Positions 32,403 through 44,100 of a DNA stretch of 64,000 bases are shown here, in pieces; the stretch's first letter is position 1; each line of letters starts with the position of its first letter. The notes under the pieces are model-generated. The model made no database searches and was not told where the DNA came from. It worked only from the letters and a program-made list of their open reading frames with translations. The DNA is from an uncultured Planctomycetota bacterium (GTDB lineage Bacteria; Planctomycetota; Planctomycetia; Isosphaerales; Isosphaeraceae). Both the position numbers and the translations under genes were made by a program. The DNA is taken from contig CAWJTV010000019.1 of assembly GCA_963845755.1 (NCBI GenBank), forward strand, positions 288,001 to 352,000, in the 5' to 3' direction.

Positions 32403-33510
32403 TATAGTGGACCCCAAAAGGTGGACCACTCAGGCCACCTGCATTTGTTAAGGCTTTTCCCCCTTCAGCCCTCCGTTTAACCCGGCCCGATGGACCTCGC
32501 CTGGGGTCCGGTAATCGAGTGATTGATGGGGACGCTCCTCATCGTAGAACCAGAAGTAGGACCTCAAGCCCGACTCTAGCTCTGGAACTCGTTCATACTC
32601 TTTGATGTATATGTCTTCGTATTTTACACTCCTCCACAGCCGCTCCACGAACACGTTGTCCAACGCCCGCCCCCGACCGTCCCGGCTCACCGCGATCCCG
32701 GCCTCCTCCAGGCGGCTGGTGTACTCCTGCGCCGTGAACTGGGACCCCTGGTCGGTGTTGAAGATCTCCGGCCGGCCCAGCGACAACGCCTCGTCGAGGG
32801 CCTCCAGGCAGAATCGCCCCTCCAGTGTATTCGACAGCCGCCACGAGAGCACATACCGGCTGAACCAGTCGATCACCGCCGTCAGGTACATGAAACCATG
32901 ACGCATCGGAATATATGTGATGTCTGAACTCCAGACCTCGTTGACGTGGGTCAGCACCCGATCGCGGAGCAAGTACGGGTAGACCCGCGCGTCCGATGCG
33001 ATGGTGGTGGTCCGCGGCCTGGGGAAGAGCGCCTCCAGGCCCATCAAAGCCATGAGTCGCTGGACCCGCTTGCGATTGACCGTCTCCCCAGAACGCTCCA
33101 AAATCGCCGTCATCCGCCGGCTGCCGTAGAACGGGGTTTTGAGGAACTGCTCGTCGATCAGCCGCATCACGCGCAGGTTCTCCTCCGACTCGACAGCCGG
33201 TGGGAGATAGTAGCTCGATCGGTTGAGACCCAGCAGTTCGCATTGTCTACGGATGCTCAGATGACTATCGGATGGATCGATCAGGGGCCGCTTGAGGTCA
33301 GCCGCCGCGGGCAGCTTTTTTTTTCAACCACTCGACCTCCATCTTGAGCCGGCCGATCTGCTCGTACAGCTCGGCTTGGATCGCCTGGCTCTCGTCGTGG
33401 TCGCGGCGGCGTCCGTCCTGGAAGAGGGATTCGATCCCGTCCAGGAGTTGCTTCTTCCACTGGCTGATCTGGACCGAGTGGACGTGAAAGGTCGTGGACA
33501 GCTCGGCCAC
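32403..33510 (-). mobile_element. IS3-family element lacking its left end
   Basis: Right end TATAGTGGACCCCAAAAGGTGGACCA; orfA begins abruptly at VAELS..QISQWKKQL..LYEQIGRLKMEVEWLKKK; A9 tract; orfB follows. Confidence 0.88.
32448..33310 (-). CDS. IS3 OrfB DDE transposase/integrase core
   Basis: SIRRQCELLGLNRSSYY, FYGSRRM, WSSDITYI, FNTDQGSQF, DNVFVERLWRSVKYE. Confidence 0.92.
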
Positions 33511-33966
33511 CGGAGGTGGGCCGTCTGTGAGATTCATCGCCCAACCGGCGGGCGCAGAGAAGTTGGTCGGTAGGCTGGGAAGATAACCCTGACCGGGAAT
33601 CCACGAGTACCAAAAAGTACCGATAGTTGTCGTACCCGTGTCCGTCAGCGTGATCGTGTAGTCCCAGTTGGCGCCGTCGGGGGTCGCGGTCATCACCCCG
33701 CTAGCGGAAAGTCCGGCAGACGCGGGTGCCGTGAGCATACCGAGAGCCGCCAGAACTGTTCCCAAGGCGATGATTCTCTTCATGATGCCTCCTGATTCTC
33801 GTCAATGTCGGGGGAATGGAAGCCGCACTTCACCTTCTACGGCTTTGCCTGATCGTTCGCGCCGAATCAACTTAGGGTGACGTGACCCGGCAGGGCGCGG
33901 GCCGATCCTGACCCGCGCCCATTCCTCCGTTGGTTTGTTTGCGGGCAGTGCTGTCACTTGTTAAGA

Positions 33967-33992
33967 GTGCCGCGCCACGTTAGACGAGTTAC
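33967..33992 (-). promoter_or_regulatory. Putative ECF-type promoter
   Basis: GTAACT-N15-GGCAC-TC-TTAA upstream of the PEP-CTERM gene. Confidence 0.6.
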
Positions 33993-34341
33993 GGTTTTTG
34001 AGAAATTCTTTGGTCAATCTTGCGAACTATCGGCGACGGTGCCGATACGAGCAGGCCATTGTTCGACTCTTGCGAGCATCCTCATTCGCGCAATCGGGTT
34101 CGCCGGCTCCTCGGGCACCTGCCAGGTCTCGCCTATATTGATTGGAAGTCTCTGTCACCCAACTATGCCTTTTCTATATAAAATCATAAATACATATAAT
34201 AGTTTATTAGACACTTAGCGTGCTCAGGATTCAGGGTCCCAGAATCATTTCCTCCACATGAAATCTTGAATCTCGAATCCCGATTTGGTTGCGGCCAGGG
34301 ACTGCGTGAGGTTCGTCCGAACCTCGTCTCGAATCGCACAT

Positions 34342-34497
34342 TTCATCGCCGGGCTCGGTTCTGACATGGTCTGCCTCTTCGGGTCGATTCTGTCCGTTCC
34401 CGAGCCGTCCTCGATGGTCCTGAGTTTGTTTGCCGCAGGGTTACAGGCCGCGCGGTGACGATGGAAGCACCGCGGATTGCCATGCACTGCGGATTAA
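34342..34497 (+). pseudogene. Remnant C-terminus of a TIGR03118-like PEP-CTERM paralog
   Basis: FIAGLGSDMVCLFGSILSVPEPSSMVLSLFAAGLQAAR*RWKHR aligns with the C-terminus of the 34877-36052 protein. Confidence 0.65.
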
Positions 34498-34596
34498 CCA
34501 GACTCACTCTTTTCCCATCGTTGGCGGCCGCGCCTGCACGACGGCGTGCGTCGATCGTCGCTTGCCGAATTTTTTTCGGGCACGACGAAGATTTCT

Positions 34597-34622
34597 GTAA
34601 CCGCTCGGGATCGAGCCGTCTC
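34597..34622 (+). promoter_or_regulatory. Putative ECF-type promoter (variant -10)
   Basis: GTAACC-N15-GTCTC-TCTAAG. Confidence 0.45.
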
Positions 34623-34876
34623 TCTAAGGATTAGGTTGTAATACCCCTACAACTGGTTTCCAACTTTCAGAATTCAACCAATCTCGTCCGACGGAGACGA
34701 TTGAGACGGAATCTCGGAGATCCCGAAGGTTGAATGTCGAGGGCTGATCGGGCAATTCCACCCGCGGCGCAATCCCTGCGAAGGGGGCGGCGAGGCGGCC
34801 CTGTTGTCGATTTGCGGACAGATCACGGTCGCGCCGGGCGTTCAAGAGCGGCCGGCGTCGAAGGAGGACTACGCGC

Positions 34877-36052
34877 ATGCAACCGACTGTACGTCAACTC
34901 ACATCGATCGCGTTCACTCTTCTGATCGTCGCGAGCACGTCTCGGGCTCAAAACAGCTATACCCAGACGAACCTGGTCGCGGACAGTTCGAGTGCGGTAA
35001 CGGCAGAGGTGTACGATCCGAACTTGATCAACCCCTGGGGAGTCTCTTTCAGCAGCACCAGCCCGCTTTGGGTCTCCAACCAGGGAACCGGAACGTCAAC
35101 ACTCTATAACTTTTCCGGCAAGACCCCCACGATTGTGTCGCTCGTCGTGCCGATCCCGAACGCGGGTGGCGCCGCTCCAAGTGACGCAAATGGTCCGACG
35201 GGCCAGGTGAGCACCAGCGCGCCGGGGATCACGACGCTCTCGACGGACTTCAATTTCAGCAGTGGTGGCACCACCGGCAAAGCCGCCTTCATCTTCGACA
35301 ACTTGGACGGCACGATCTCGGCGTGGAAGGGGGGGGCGGCGCAGATCGTTGCGTCGGTCAACGGCGCCTCGTTCACTGGACTCGCGATCGGGAACACGTC
35401 CGGCGGTGCTGCCCAGATTTACGCCGCCGACCAGAACAGCAACAACGTCTACATCTACAACAGTAGCTGGTCACAGGTGGGATCGCTCAAGGACCCCAAC
35501 CTCCCTGCTAACTCCCCCTACACGGCGTTCAACGTCCAGAACATCGGGGGCACCCTCTACGTCACCTACGCGAACCCGAACAATCCCCTGGGCGGCATCG
35601 TGGATGAATTCAACACGGACGGCACTTTTCTCAAGCGGCTGATCGACGACTCGACCGTCGGTGCTAACACGCATCTGGACACACCTTGGGGAGTCGCCAT
35701 TGCGCCGACGAATTGGGGCTCGTTTGGCGGCGATCTGCTCGTGGGCAACAACGACGGCGATGGCACCATCAACGCCTATAACTCGAGCGGAGTTTGGCAA
35801 GGCCAAATCATGCTCACCAACGGTCAGCCCTTCAGCGAGAGCGAGCTCTGGGCCATCTACTTTGGTACCGGTGGAGGCTCCGGCAACCCCAACACCCTCT
35901 ATTTCGTCGCCGGGCTTCCCGGCGCGACGGACGGCCTCATCGGGGGGCTCTCCATCCCCGAGCCGAGTTCGGCGGTGTTGGGGCTCATCGCAATGGGGAT
36001 CGTGGCAGCGGGGTGGCGATGGAGGAATCGCCGGCACCTTCCAACCACCTGA
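34877..36052 (+). CDS. TIGR03118-family PEP-CTERM protein
   Basis: YTQTNLVAD, DPNLINPWG, WVSNQGTG, FNVQNIGG, PWGVAIAP, LLVGN; IPEPSS-TM-basic tail. Confidence 0.9.
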   Translation: MQPTVRQLTSIAFTLLIVASTSRAQNSYTQTNLVADSSSAVTAEVYDPNLINPWGVSFSSTSPLWVSNQGTGTSTLYNFSGKTPTIVSLVVPIPNAGGAAPSDANGPTGQVSTSAPGITTLSTDFNFSSGGTTGKAAFIFDNLDGTISAWKGGAAQIVASVNGASFTGLAIGNTSGGAAQIYAADQNSNNVYIYNSSWSQVGSLKDPNLPANSPYTAFNVQNIGGTLYVTYANPNNPLGGIVDEFNTDGTFLKRLIDDSTVGANTHLDTPWGVAIAPTNWGSFGGDLLVGNNDGDGTINAYNSSGVWQGQIMLTNGQPFSESELWAIYFGTGGGSGNPNTLYFVAGLPGATDGLIGGLSIPEPSSAVLGLIAMGIVAAGWRWRNRRHLPTT

Positions 36053-36136
36053 TTGATACGGGCGCCGGCGGTCTTGGTTCCCTGATCCCAGCGAACCTTC
36101 CATCCTCAACGAGCGGATCAGAGCCCTTACAGCAGG

Positions 36137-36211
36137 ACGGGGACGGGCACTCGGCCGCATCGCTTCCGGTCGAACGACAACCGAGGCGAGAGGCCGGGGG
36201 TCGGTCCCCGT
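36137..36211. repeat. Degenerate ACGGGGAC...GTCCCCGT inverted repeat
   Basis: acggggacgggcac ... ggtcggtccccgtttt. Confidence 0.4.
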
Positions 36212-36670
36212 TTTCCTCGACGCGTCCCGCGAGCCGCACGATCGATAGATAGACCACGCCCCCGGGAAGATGGCTCATTCCCTGCGCCGAGGCGGACAAT
36301 GATGGTCCATCGGCAGCACCGGTGCCGTCACGGCCGACACATCACATCGCTAGAACGGTTATCGCTTGCCGGGCATACGGCCAAGGCAAACGAGGACTGG
36401 CTCTCGGCCATGAACGGGAACCATCGGATTCGGGCCGGGCGCCAGTCGGTCGGGTGCTTGGCACCTTTTTCCGGTCGCTCACCCCAAGTTTGATGCGATC
36501 GAAGGGTCTGTTTCGAGAGTGATCGTTGGCAGGGAAGCCCTTGCCGGGTCGGCGGCATTGCGATTCCACCATGTCTTACGCCTTCGTATCGACCTTCTCC
36601 CCGAGACGGGCTCTTGAAACCGACTCCAAGCAAAATGGCTCGCGTGCTTTCCAAGATCCGGGGGAAGGTT

Positions 36671-36696
36671 GTAACCGTGGGGCTGGGCGGAGGCAC
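36671..36696 (+). promoter_or_regulatory. Putative autoregulatory ECF promoter
   Basis: GTAACC-N15-GGCAC-GA-TTAA, 35 nt before ATG 36731. Confidence 0.6.
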
Positions 36697-36730
36697 GATT
36701 AATGCAGAGGGAAATTCAGGAGCCGCCAAC

Positions 36731-37756
36731 ATGGCCAGTATCGTCGCGAATAGGCTGATCCGTCACGAGATGGCGTGGAACGCAGCGGAGTTGTCCGACG
36801 AGGACCTGCTGAATCAATACTTGAACGGGATGGAGGCGGACTCCCAGCAAGCGTTCCGGGAGTTGGTGGTGCGCCACGGGCCGATGGTGCTGGGAATCTG
36901 CCGACATGTGCTCAACCAGACCCAGGACGCCGAGGACGCGTTCCAGGCGACATTCCTTGTGCTGGCGCGGAAGGGGGCTACTATCCGGGATCACCGCGTT
37001 CTCTCGGGTTGGCTACACGAGGTCGCCTATCGCCTCGCCGCCAAGCTGCGCACCAGAACGGAACGCCGTCGCGCCCTCGAAAGGCAGGGCATGGCTATGC
37101 TACCTTCAGCGATCGAGCCAGACGATCAGGGCGAGCGAGCGGCCTGGAACGAGCTGCGGCCGGTCTTGCATGAAGAGGTCAACCGGCTGCCGGAGAAGTA
37201 CCGGATCCCGGTGATCCTGAGCTACCTCGAAGGCAAGACCAACGAGGAAGTTGCCGAGCTGTTGCACTGGCCGGTGGGGACGGTCAAGGGGCGGTTGTCG
37301 CGGGCGCGCGATCTGCTCCGGTCGCGGTTGACCAAGCGCGGACTGGCCTTGTCGGCGGCCTTCCTGATGACGTCCCTGTCACGCGGTCGGGTCTTTGCCG
37401 AGGTCGTCCCGTCCGACCTGATCCAGAGAACGGTGCGCATGGCCCTCTCACCCGGTTCACTTTCGGCCCTGCCGGATCCATCACCAACGTCGCCGCCGGA
37501 CGAGGATTTTCCGGGTGCTGATCCTCTAGCGAGCCTCGAGTCGACAAACACCCTCGTCCGCAGTTCGGCCATCGCCTCCCGGATCGCGCTCATCGTGTCG
37601 CTGTTCCTCCTCTTTTCCTTCGCGTTGGCGATCGGAATCACCCTGGCCGTGATGAGCACGGGGGGGAGTTTCTCGGACGTACGCTCGCTGCTGGGGAGTT
37701 TCTTCGACGTCCGCGCGCTCCTCCCCTGGCGAAACGGCCCCCCTCATTGCCTGTGA
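36731..37756 (+). CDS. ECF sigma factor with C-terminal extension and TM helix
   Basis: HGPMVLGIC, DAEDAFQATF, GTVKGRLSRAR, EVVPSDLIQRTV, TM IALIVSLFLLFSFALAIGITLAVM. Confidence 0.9.
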   Translation: MASIVANRLIRHEMAWNAAELSDEDLLNQYLNGMEADSQQAFRELVVRHGPMVLGICRHVLNQTQDAEDAFQATFLVLARKGATIRDHRVLSGWLHEVAYRLAAKLRTRTERRRALERQGMAMLPSAIEPDDQGERAAWNELRPVLHEEVNRLPEKYRIPVILSYLEGKTNEEVAELLHWPVGTVKGRLSRARDLLRSRLTKRGLALSAAFLMTSLSRGRVFAEVVPSDLIQRTVRMALSPGSLSALPDPSPTSPPDEDFPGADPLASLESTNTLVRSSAIASRIALIVSLFLLFSFALAIGITLAVMSTGGSFSDVRSLLGSFFDVRALLPWRNGPPHCL

Positions 37757-38174
37757 CGGCCCGTTCGGGCACACCGCGGCCAGTCCGACGCCCAGAAGCC
37801 GTTTCTTGCCGTCCCCCAGGATCGGCCGAACTGAACTTGGGTCGGCTGAGTTCAACCTCCACGATCGCGAGCGGCAGCGAGCGGGCGGACCTCGTTCGGT
37901 GCGCTAGTTCTGGCGGCGTCGCCGGCCGGACCCCTGCCAGCCGGTGAACTGAACAAGTCGACAGGATTGGCGGGGTTGCCGCCTGAAGGGCGACGGCCCC
38001 GCGTCACGAGGGCTCGTGATCCTGCGAATCGATCTGCTGGGGAGCGGTCCGCGCCCATTTTCCGGGCTGAATAGGATGACCGGCTGGAACGTCTAGCTTC
38101 AACGGCCGGAAAGGGCATCGTCCCGATCGAGGCCCGGCCGATCTCACCGCGATCCCAGCCCGAGAGGACAGACG

Positions 38175-41100
38175 ATGTGTCCGCGCACTCACACCCGGCC
38201 CCGCTGCGCACCGTGCCAACGATGGGGTATCGTTCTCACTCTCGCGATCTTTGGTGCGTGGGAGCCGGCCGGCCTCGCTCGGCCGGATGATCTGGTCGCC
38301 CCACGCGAGGCGTTGGCTCCGATCGCGCCGACTCTGCCCGAGGCGATACTGGCCGCGATTCAGGAATCGCGGGCCGCCGCCGTTGAGGGCCTCGATCGCC
38401 TGATCCAGGACGATAAGCGGAGTGCGGATGATCGGGCGTTCTTCGCCTGGATCAAAGGGATCGCCCTGCGCCGGGGCCGCCGGCTCGACGAGGCGGCGGC
38501 CACCCTCGGCGCGGCACTCGCGGCTTTCCCGAGCTCGGCCTGGATGGGGAAGTTGCGCGCCGAGCTGGCCGCGGTGGAGCTGGCACGCAAGCGGCCCGCC
38601 GAGGCCGAACGGCTGGCCCGCGCCGAGGTCGAGGCGCTCCTGAGCCGCGGCCGGAAGGACGGGCTCGCTGCCGTCGTCGAAGGGTTCGCCCGCCGGCTCC
38701 TGGAGCCCGGCGACCCCCTCGTCAAGCCCGATCCCGAAGGCGCCTATACCCTGCTGACCCTGGCGCGCGCGCTCGCCAAGGGAGACGAGGCGCGGGCCCG
38801 GATCCTCTTGCAGATGATCCGGGCGAGCCGGTTGGCACAGAACCTCTCGCGCGAGGCCACCGACTTGCAGACGTACCTGACCGACTATCCACGCGGGGCC
38901 GCCCGCGCACGCGTGAGCTTCGAGGTGGGAGTCAACCTGCACGCTCAGTCGAAGTGGGCCGAGGCTCGGGCGCGCTGGTCGGCCCTCATTCGTGATCTTG
39001 AGGGCAAGCCGGACGCGGCCGCGCGGGACCTGCGGGCCCGATCTCGTTATCAGATCGGATTATCTTATCTCGTGAGTCCCAACGCCAATGACATCACGGC
39101 GTCGAACCGGATCGGCCTCGGGATCGCCGGACTGCGGCGGTTCCTCGAGTCCGATCCCGAGCATGCGCTTGCCGTGGAGGCTGCCTACCGGATCGCCGAG
39201 GCCGAGCAGGCCCTCGGGCGCAGTCAGCAGGCCCTCGACGCCTACCAGGCGTTCCTCAAGGGGGACGGCTACCGGGTCGAGACGGCCGAGGGCCGGCGTC
39301 GGCAGGTCGAGCTGGCCGCCATCGCCACGTTCCAGATCGGCGGCATCCTCCAGGGCCAGGGGAAGTTGGTCGAGGCGATCGCGACCTGGAAGGATTATCT
39401 TGCCCGATTCCCCGGTGGCATTCAGTTCGCCGAGGTCCAGCGCGCAATCCTGGACACGCAGCTACAGATCGCCGACGACCACGACGCGCACGGGCGATTT
39501 GCCGAGGCTCGCGCGGTGCGGTTGGCGTTCGTCGCTCAGAACCCACTCGATACCCGCGTCCCGCTGGCCTTGTTTCGAAACGGCCGAAGCTTGCTGGCGG
39601 AGGGACTGCCGGATCGAGCTATCGCCGCCTGGGACGAGTTGATCGGCCGGTTTCCCGGCACCGACCACGCGGCCCTGGCCCAATGGAGAATCGCCCGGGT
39701 CTTCGAGGAGAAGAAGGCCGATCCGGGCCGGGCGATCGAACGGCTCAGGCGAGTGGACCAGGACCCCTGGCAGACGAAGGCGCGCGAGCGAATCGCGATC
39801 CTGGAAGCCAAGACGCTGGAGGTCGTGACGCCCCGCCCCTTCCGATCGGGCGAAGTCCCCATGCTCCGGGTGACGACCCGGAACATCGCGTCGCTGACCG
39901 TCTCGGCCTACAAGCTCGACCCCGAGGACTATTTCCGCAAAAAGCACGCGCTCGAAGGAGTCGAGGCTCTGGACATCGATCTGGTGGCTCCCGAACACAC
40001 CTGGAGCGAGCCGGTCGCCGGTTATGCGAAGTACGTGCCGGTCGAGCGGACCATGGCACTGAAGCCGATCACTGCGCCGGGGGCCTGGGTCGTCAAGGTC
40101 AGCGATGAGTCGGCACTCCAGGCGGTGACGCTGGTCCTCGTCTCGGATCTGGAGGCGATCGTCAAGTCCTCGCGCGACCAGGTGCTGGTCTTCGTCCAGG
40201 ACATGGTAACGGGCCGGGGCCGAGCCGGGGCTCGGGTGCTGGCCGCCGATGAGCGTGAGATCCTCCTCGACGGCAAGACGGGCGGGGACGGCGTCTTGCT
40301 GGCGAGCTGGCCCAAACCGAGGGAGGCCCGCTCGAGTCTCGACTGCCTGGTCATCGACGGCCCGCACGTCGCGGCGACAGGGCTCGCCGTTCCGGGGACG
40401 GTCGCACAGGGCCTGAGTCCCCGCGCGTTCCTCTACACGGACCGGCCGGCGTATCGGCCCGGTCAGCGGGTTGCGCTTCGCGGGATTATCCGCGAGGTCG
40501 AGGCCGGCCGGTTCGCGGCGCGCCCGGGTGCGTCTTATCGCCTGGAGGTGATCGACAGCCGGGGGCGGCGGATCGCCGCGCGCGACGTGACGCTGTCGCC
40601 CTTCGGTACGTTCCACGTCGAATTCCCGATCGACTCTGCCGCGCCGGTCGGCAGGTACGGCGTCCGGGTCTACCAGCCGAACCGGAGCGACTTCGCCTCG
40701 ACATTCGAGGTCCAGGCGTACCGGCTGGCCAAGGCCACGCTGATTGTGAAATTCCCACGGCCGGTGTTCCTGCGTGGAGAGCGGGTCGAAGGAGAAGTCG
40801 TGGCCGAGAACGCGGATGGCTCGCCGCTGGCCGGTCGCCCGGTCGATGTCGAGTCTTCCCGATGGCCGGACCCTCCGCAGCTCGACCGACGCCGCCGGGC
40901 GATTCCCGTTCACCCTGAACACCGAGGGCTTCGCCGAGGAGCAGGCCCTGCGGGTCGTCGCCCGGTTGCCCGAGGATGGCATCGAGGCCGCGGCCGTCGC
41001 CGCGCTGGCCGTCCACGCCTTTGGGATCCAGGCGAAAACCACGCGGGACGTCTACTTGAGCGGCGAGCCGTTTCCGCTCCAGGTCGTCACGCTCGACGCC

Positions 41101-44100
41101 ATGGGTGACCCGACGGGCCAGGAGCTCACGGTCTCCGTGGTCAAGCGCGTGGCGATGCGCCCCGCCACGAGTCCCGATGATGGTGAGGCTCCCGGCGCGC
41201 CGGCAACCGTCACCGAGCGCGAGGTCTCTCAGACAACCGTCCGGACCGATCCCGCCACAGGCCAGGGGAACGTCACTCTCAAGGTCGAGGACCCGGAAGG
41301 CGGGCCTTTCCTGGTTCGCGTCACAGGGACCGACCGGTTCGGCAACCCGGTGATCGCCGAGCGAACCGTGAGGATCTCGGGCACAAAGGATCCGGACCGC
41401 CTCCGCCTGCTGGCGGACCGGCTGAGGTTCCGGGTTGGCGAGACGGCCAAGGTCAATCTGCACAGCCGCGGCCCTGCCGGCACGGCGCTCGTGACCTGGG
41501 AGGCCGACCGGATCCTCAAGTACCGGCTACAATCGATCCATGAAGGGGATAACCCGCTCGAATGGGAGGTCGACGGCGACGAGTTCCCGAACACCACCTT
41601 GACGGCGTCCCGTATGGAGGGTGCCGCCTTCCACCAATCGCAACTCGACCTGACGCTGGAGCGCGACCTGAAAGTGACCCTCACCCCGACGCACCCCGCG
41701 GTCGGGCCCGGCGCGGAGGTCGAGATCGACGTCACGATGCACGACCAGCTCGGACATCCAGTCGCGGCCGAGCTCTCCCTGGCGATGGTGGATCGTGCTC
41801 TGCTGCACCAGTTCGCCGATCATCTGCCTTCATTGGCCTCGGTCTTCCACGCCCAGACCCGCACCGGGGCTTTTGCAACCGAGGCGACCAACACGTTCCG
41901 TTATGCGCCGGTGGCGGTGCCTCTGGTGGCGCTCACGACGGCGAGGTACAGCGTCAGGCCGCGCTCGATGCCCAGGACGATCGTGTCTTGCGGCAAGGGG
42001 CCATCGCCCGCCGGCCCAGGGTCGTCACGCCCGATCCCCTGGGGGCGATCCGATCCGACCAGATCGCGATCAAGGGCGGAAAGGACCCCCGTAGCCAGGC
42101 GATCCTCGACATCCTCGCCGAACCGATCTCCATGCCGTTCGCTAACGAAACGCCACTCGATGATGTATTGAAATACATCAAACAGGAGACCACTACGGCC
42201 AGCCATCCCGGCCTGCCGATCTACGTCGATCCGCTGGGCCTCCAGGAGGCCGAGCGAAGCCTGAATTCCACGGTCTCCCTCGATCTGCCGGCCGTCCCAC
42301 TGCGGACGGGCTTGCGCCTGACGCTCAAGCAGCTCGGCCTGGGTTACAAGATCGAGGAGGGCGTGCTGATCATTACCTCGGAGGATTCGTTGGACCAGGA
42401 GCGCGAGGAGGCCGAGTACGAACGACGCATGGAGATGGCCCGTGCCGGAGTTCCCGTTCCGGGCATGGCCGGTATGGGCGCGGGTATGGGCGGAATGGGC
42501 GGCGGCATGATGGGTGGAATGGGCGGTAGCGGCCGGGGTAGCTGAGGCGCCCGAGCGCCGGGATGCCGGGCAAGGAGGGGGTGACGGTACAGCCGACCGA
42601 GAAGGCGGCTCAGGCGCCGCAAGCCGTCGATCGCAGCAAGGAGGAGAAAGCCCAGGTCGAGCGCGAGCGACCGACGGCGCCCAAGGCAGCAGCACCGGCC
42701 TCACCTCGCACGGAGTTCATCGAGACCGCCTACTGGAACCCGTCCGTAGTGACCGATTCGAATGGCAGGGCGCGGGTGCGGTTCCGCGCTCCGACGGCGC
42801 TGGCGGAGTACCGCCTGACGGCGCGGGGGTGACGGGCTCCGACACGCTGGTCGGCCAGTCGATCGCCGAGCTCTCGGTACGGAAGGCATTCTACGTGGAG
42901 CTGAAGGCGCCGACTCGTGCTGACCGAGGGGGACGAGCCTCGAATGCTGGCGCGGCTCCATCACCGGGGAGTCGGGGGCTCGGCGCGGGTCGTCCTCAAG
43001 GCCGGGTCCGGCGGACGCGAGGAGGTCTTTCCCCAATACGGTCGAGCTGAAGGCCGGCGGTTTGACCGAGGTCCTGTTCGAATCGTTCCGCGTGCCCGAG
43101 GCCGGCCTCGTCCGGCTGACCGTCTCGGCGAACGCCGGCGCGGGGCCGGGCGCGGTGGCCGATGAGGTCGCTGCCGAGGTGCCGGTCCGGCCCTGGGGCG
43201 TGCCGGTGTATGCAACGGCCTCGGGCCGGTCGAGCGACGACGCGACCGTGTTCGTCAGCCTCCCGCCCGGCCGGCGCTACGGAAAACCCCGAGATGCGGA
43301 TCGTCCTCTCGCCTCGGCCGGACCGGATGCTCGTCGAGCTGGCTCTGGGCGGGCCGGACGATGCATTCGGCCGCCGGTTCGGCGTGGGATGCGCCGGCAT
43401 CGGCGACCACGCTCGATCGTGCCTCGGAACTGCTCGGCGCTGACTGCGGCGTTGAGCGATCTTCGCGCATCGACGGCACGCGAGTCGGACAATGCCGGCC
43501 AGTTGACCCGGCGCATCTCGGAGCTGGTGACCGAACTGGTCAGTCTCCAGAACGAGAATGGGAGCTGGTCCTGGGTCGCCCGGAACGAGGGACTGGTGGC
43601 GAACCTCGTATCCGAGGCGATCCCCTGGTGACGGCCCGCGTCGTCTGGGCTCTCACGGCGGCCGAGTCGCTGGGCCTCGGGGCCGATCCCGCGGTGATGG
43701 ACCTGGCGGCGCGGTCTCTCGAGCAGGCGATGGCCCGGCTGGATGCCGGCGACTACGTCGCCCGGGCCGGCGTGCTCCATGCCCTGAGCCTGCGGAACCA
43801 GGCCCGGTTCGAGTCGGTCAACGCCCTCTACCGCGACCGGGGGAGTTTGTCCGAGACCGGCGCTGGCCTACCTGGCGATGACCCTGGCGCGGCTCGGACA
43901 CTCCGCGCCGGCCGAAGAGGTGCTGAACATCCTGGCCCAGCGGGCGAAGACCGAGCCGGCCGGCGCGGGGCAGCCGATGCGCCGATACTGGTCGGACACC
44001 ACGGCGGATGTCCCGGCACGGCAGCACGGTCGAGACCACGGCACTGGTCGCGCTGGCCTTCAGCCGGATTCGGCCCGCCTCGCCGAATCTGGCCGCGGCC

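Larger units (their letters stand above)
32030..33783 (-). pseudogene. PEP-CTERM protein gene disrupted by IS3
   Basis: N-half MKRIIALG..ASA..WAMNLTDGPPP (33511-33783) and C-half GDGYSIQF..SSVPEPSSLILGTIGLVSVAALRLRRK (32030-32402). Confidence 0.88.

Noticed and set aside
33311..33330. Canonical -1 ribosomal frameshift in IS3
   Set aside because: With nine A residues OrfB is +1/-2; slippage cannot be distinguished from homopolymer error
33800..33960. c-di-GMP-I riboswitch in the PEP-CTERM leader (GCAAA words), also considered near 34760
   Set aside because: The GGCAAAC-stem-GNRA-stem-GACGCAAAG order is not present; only generic hairpins
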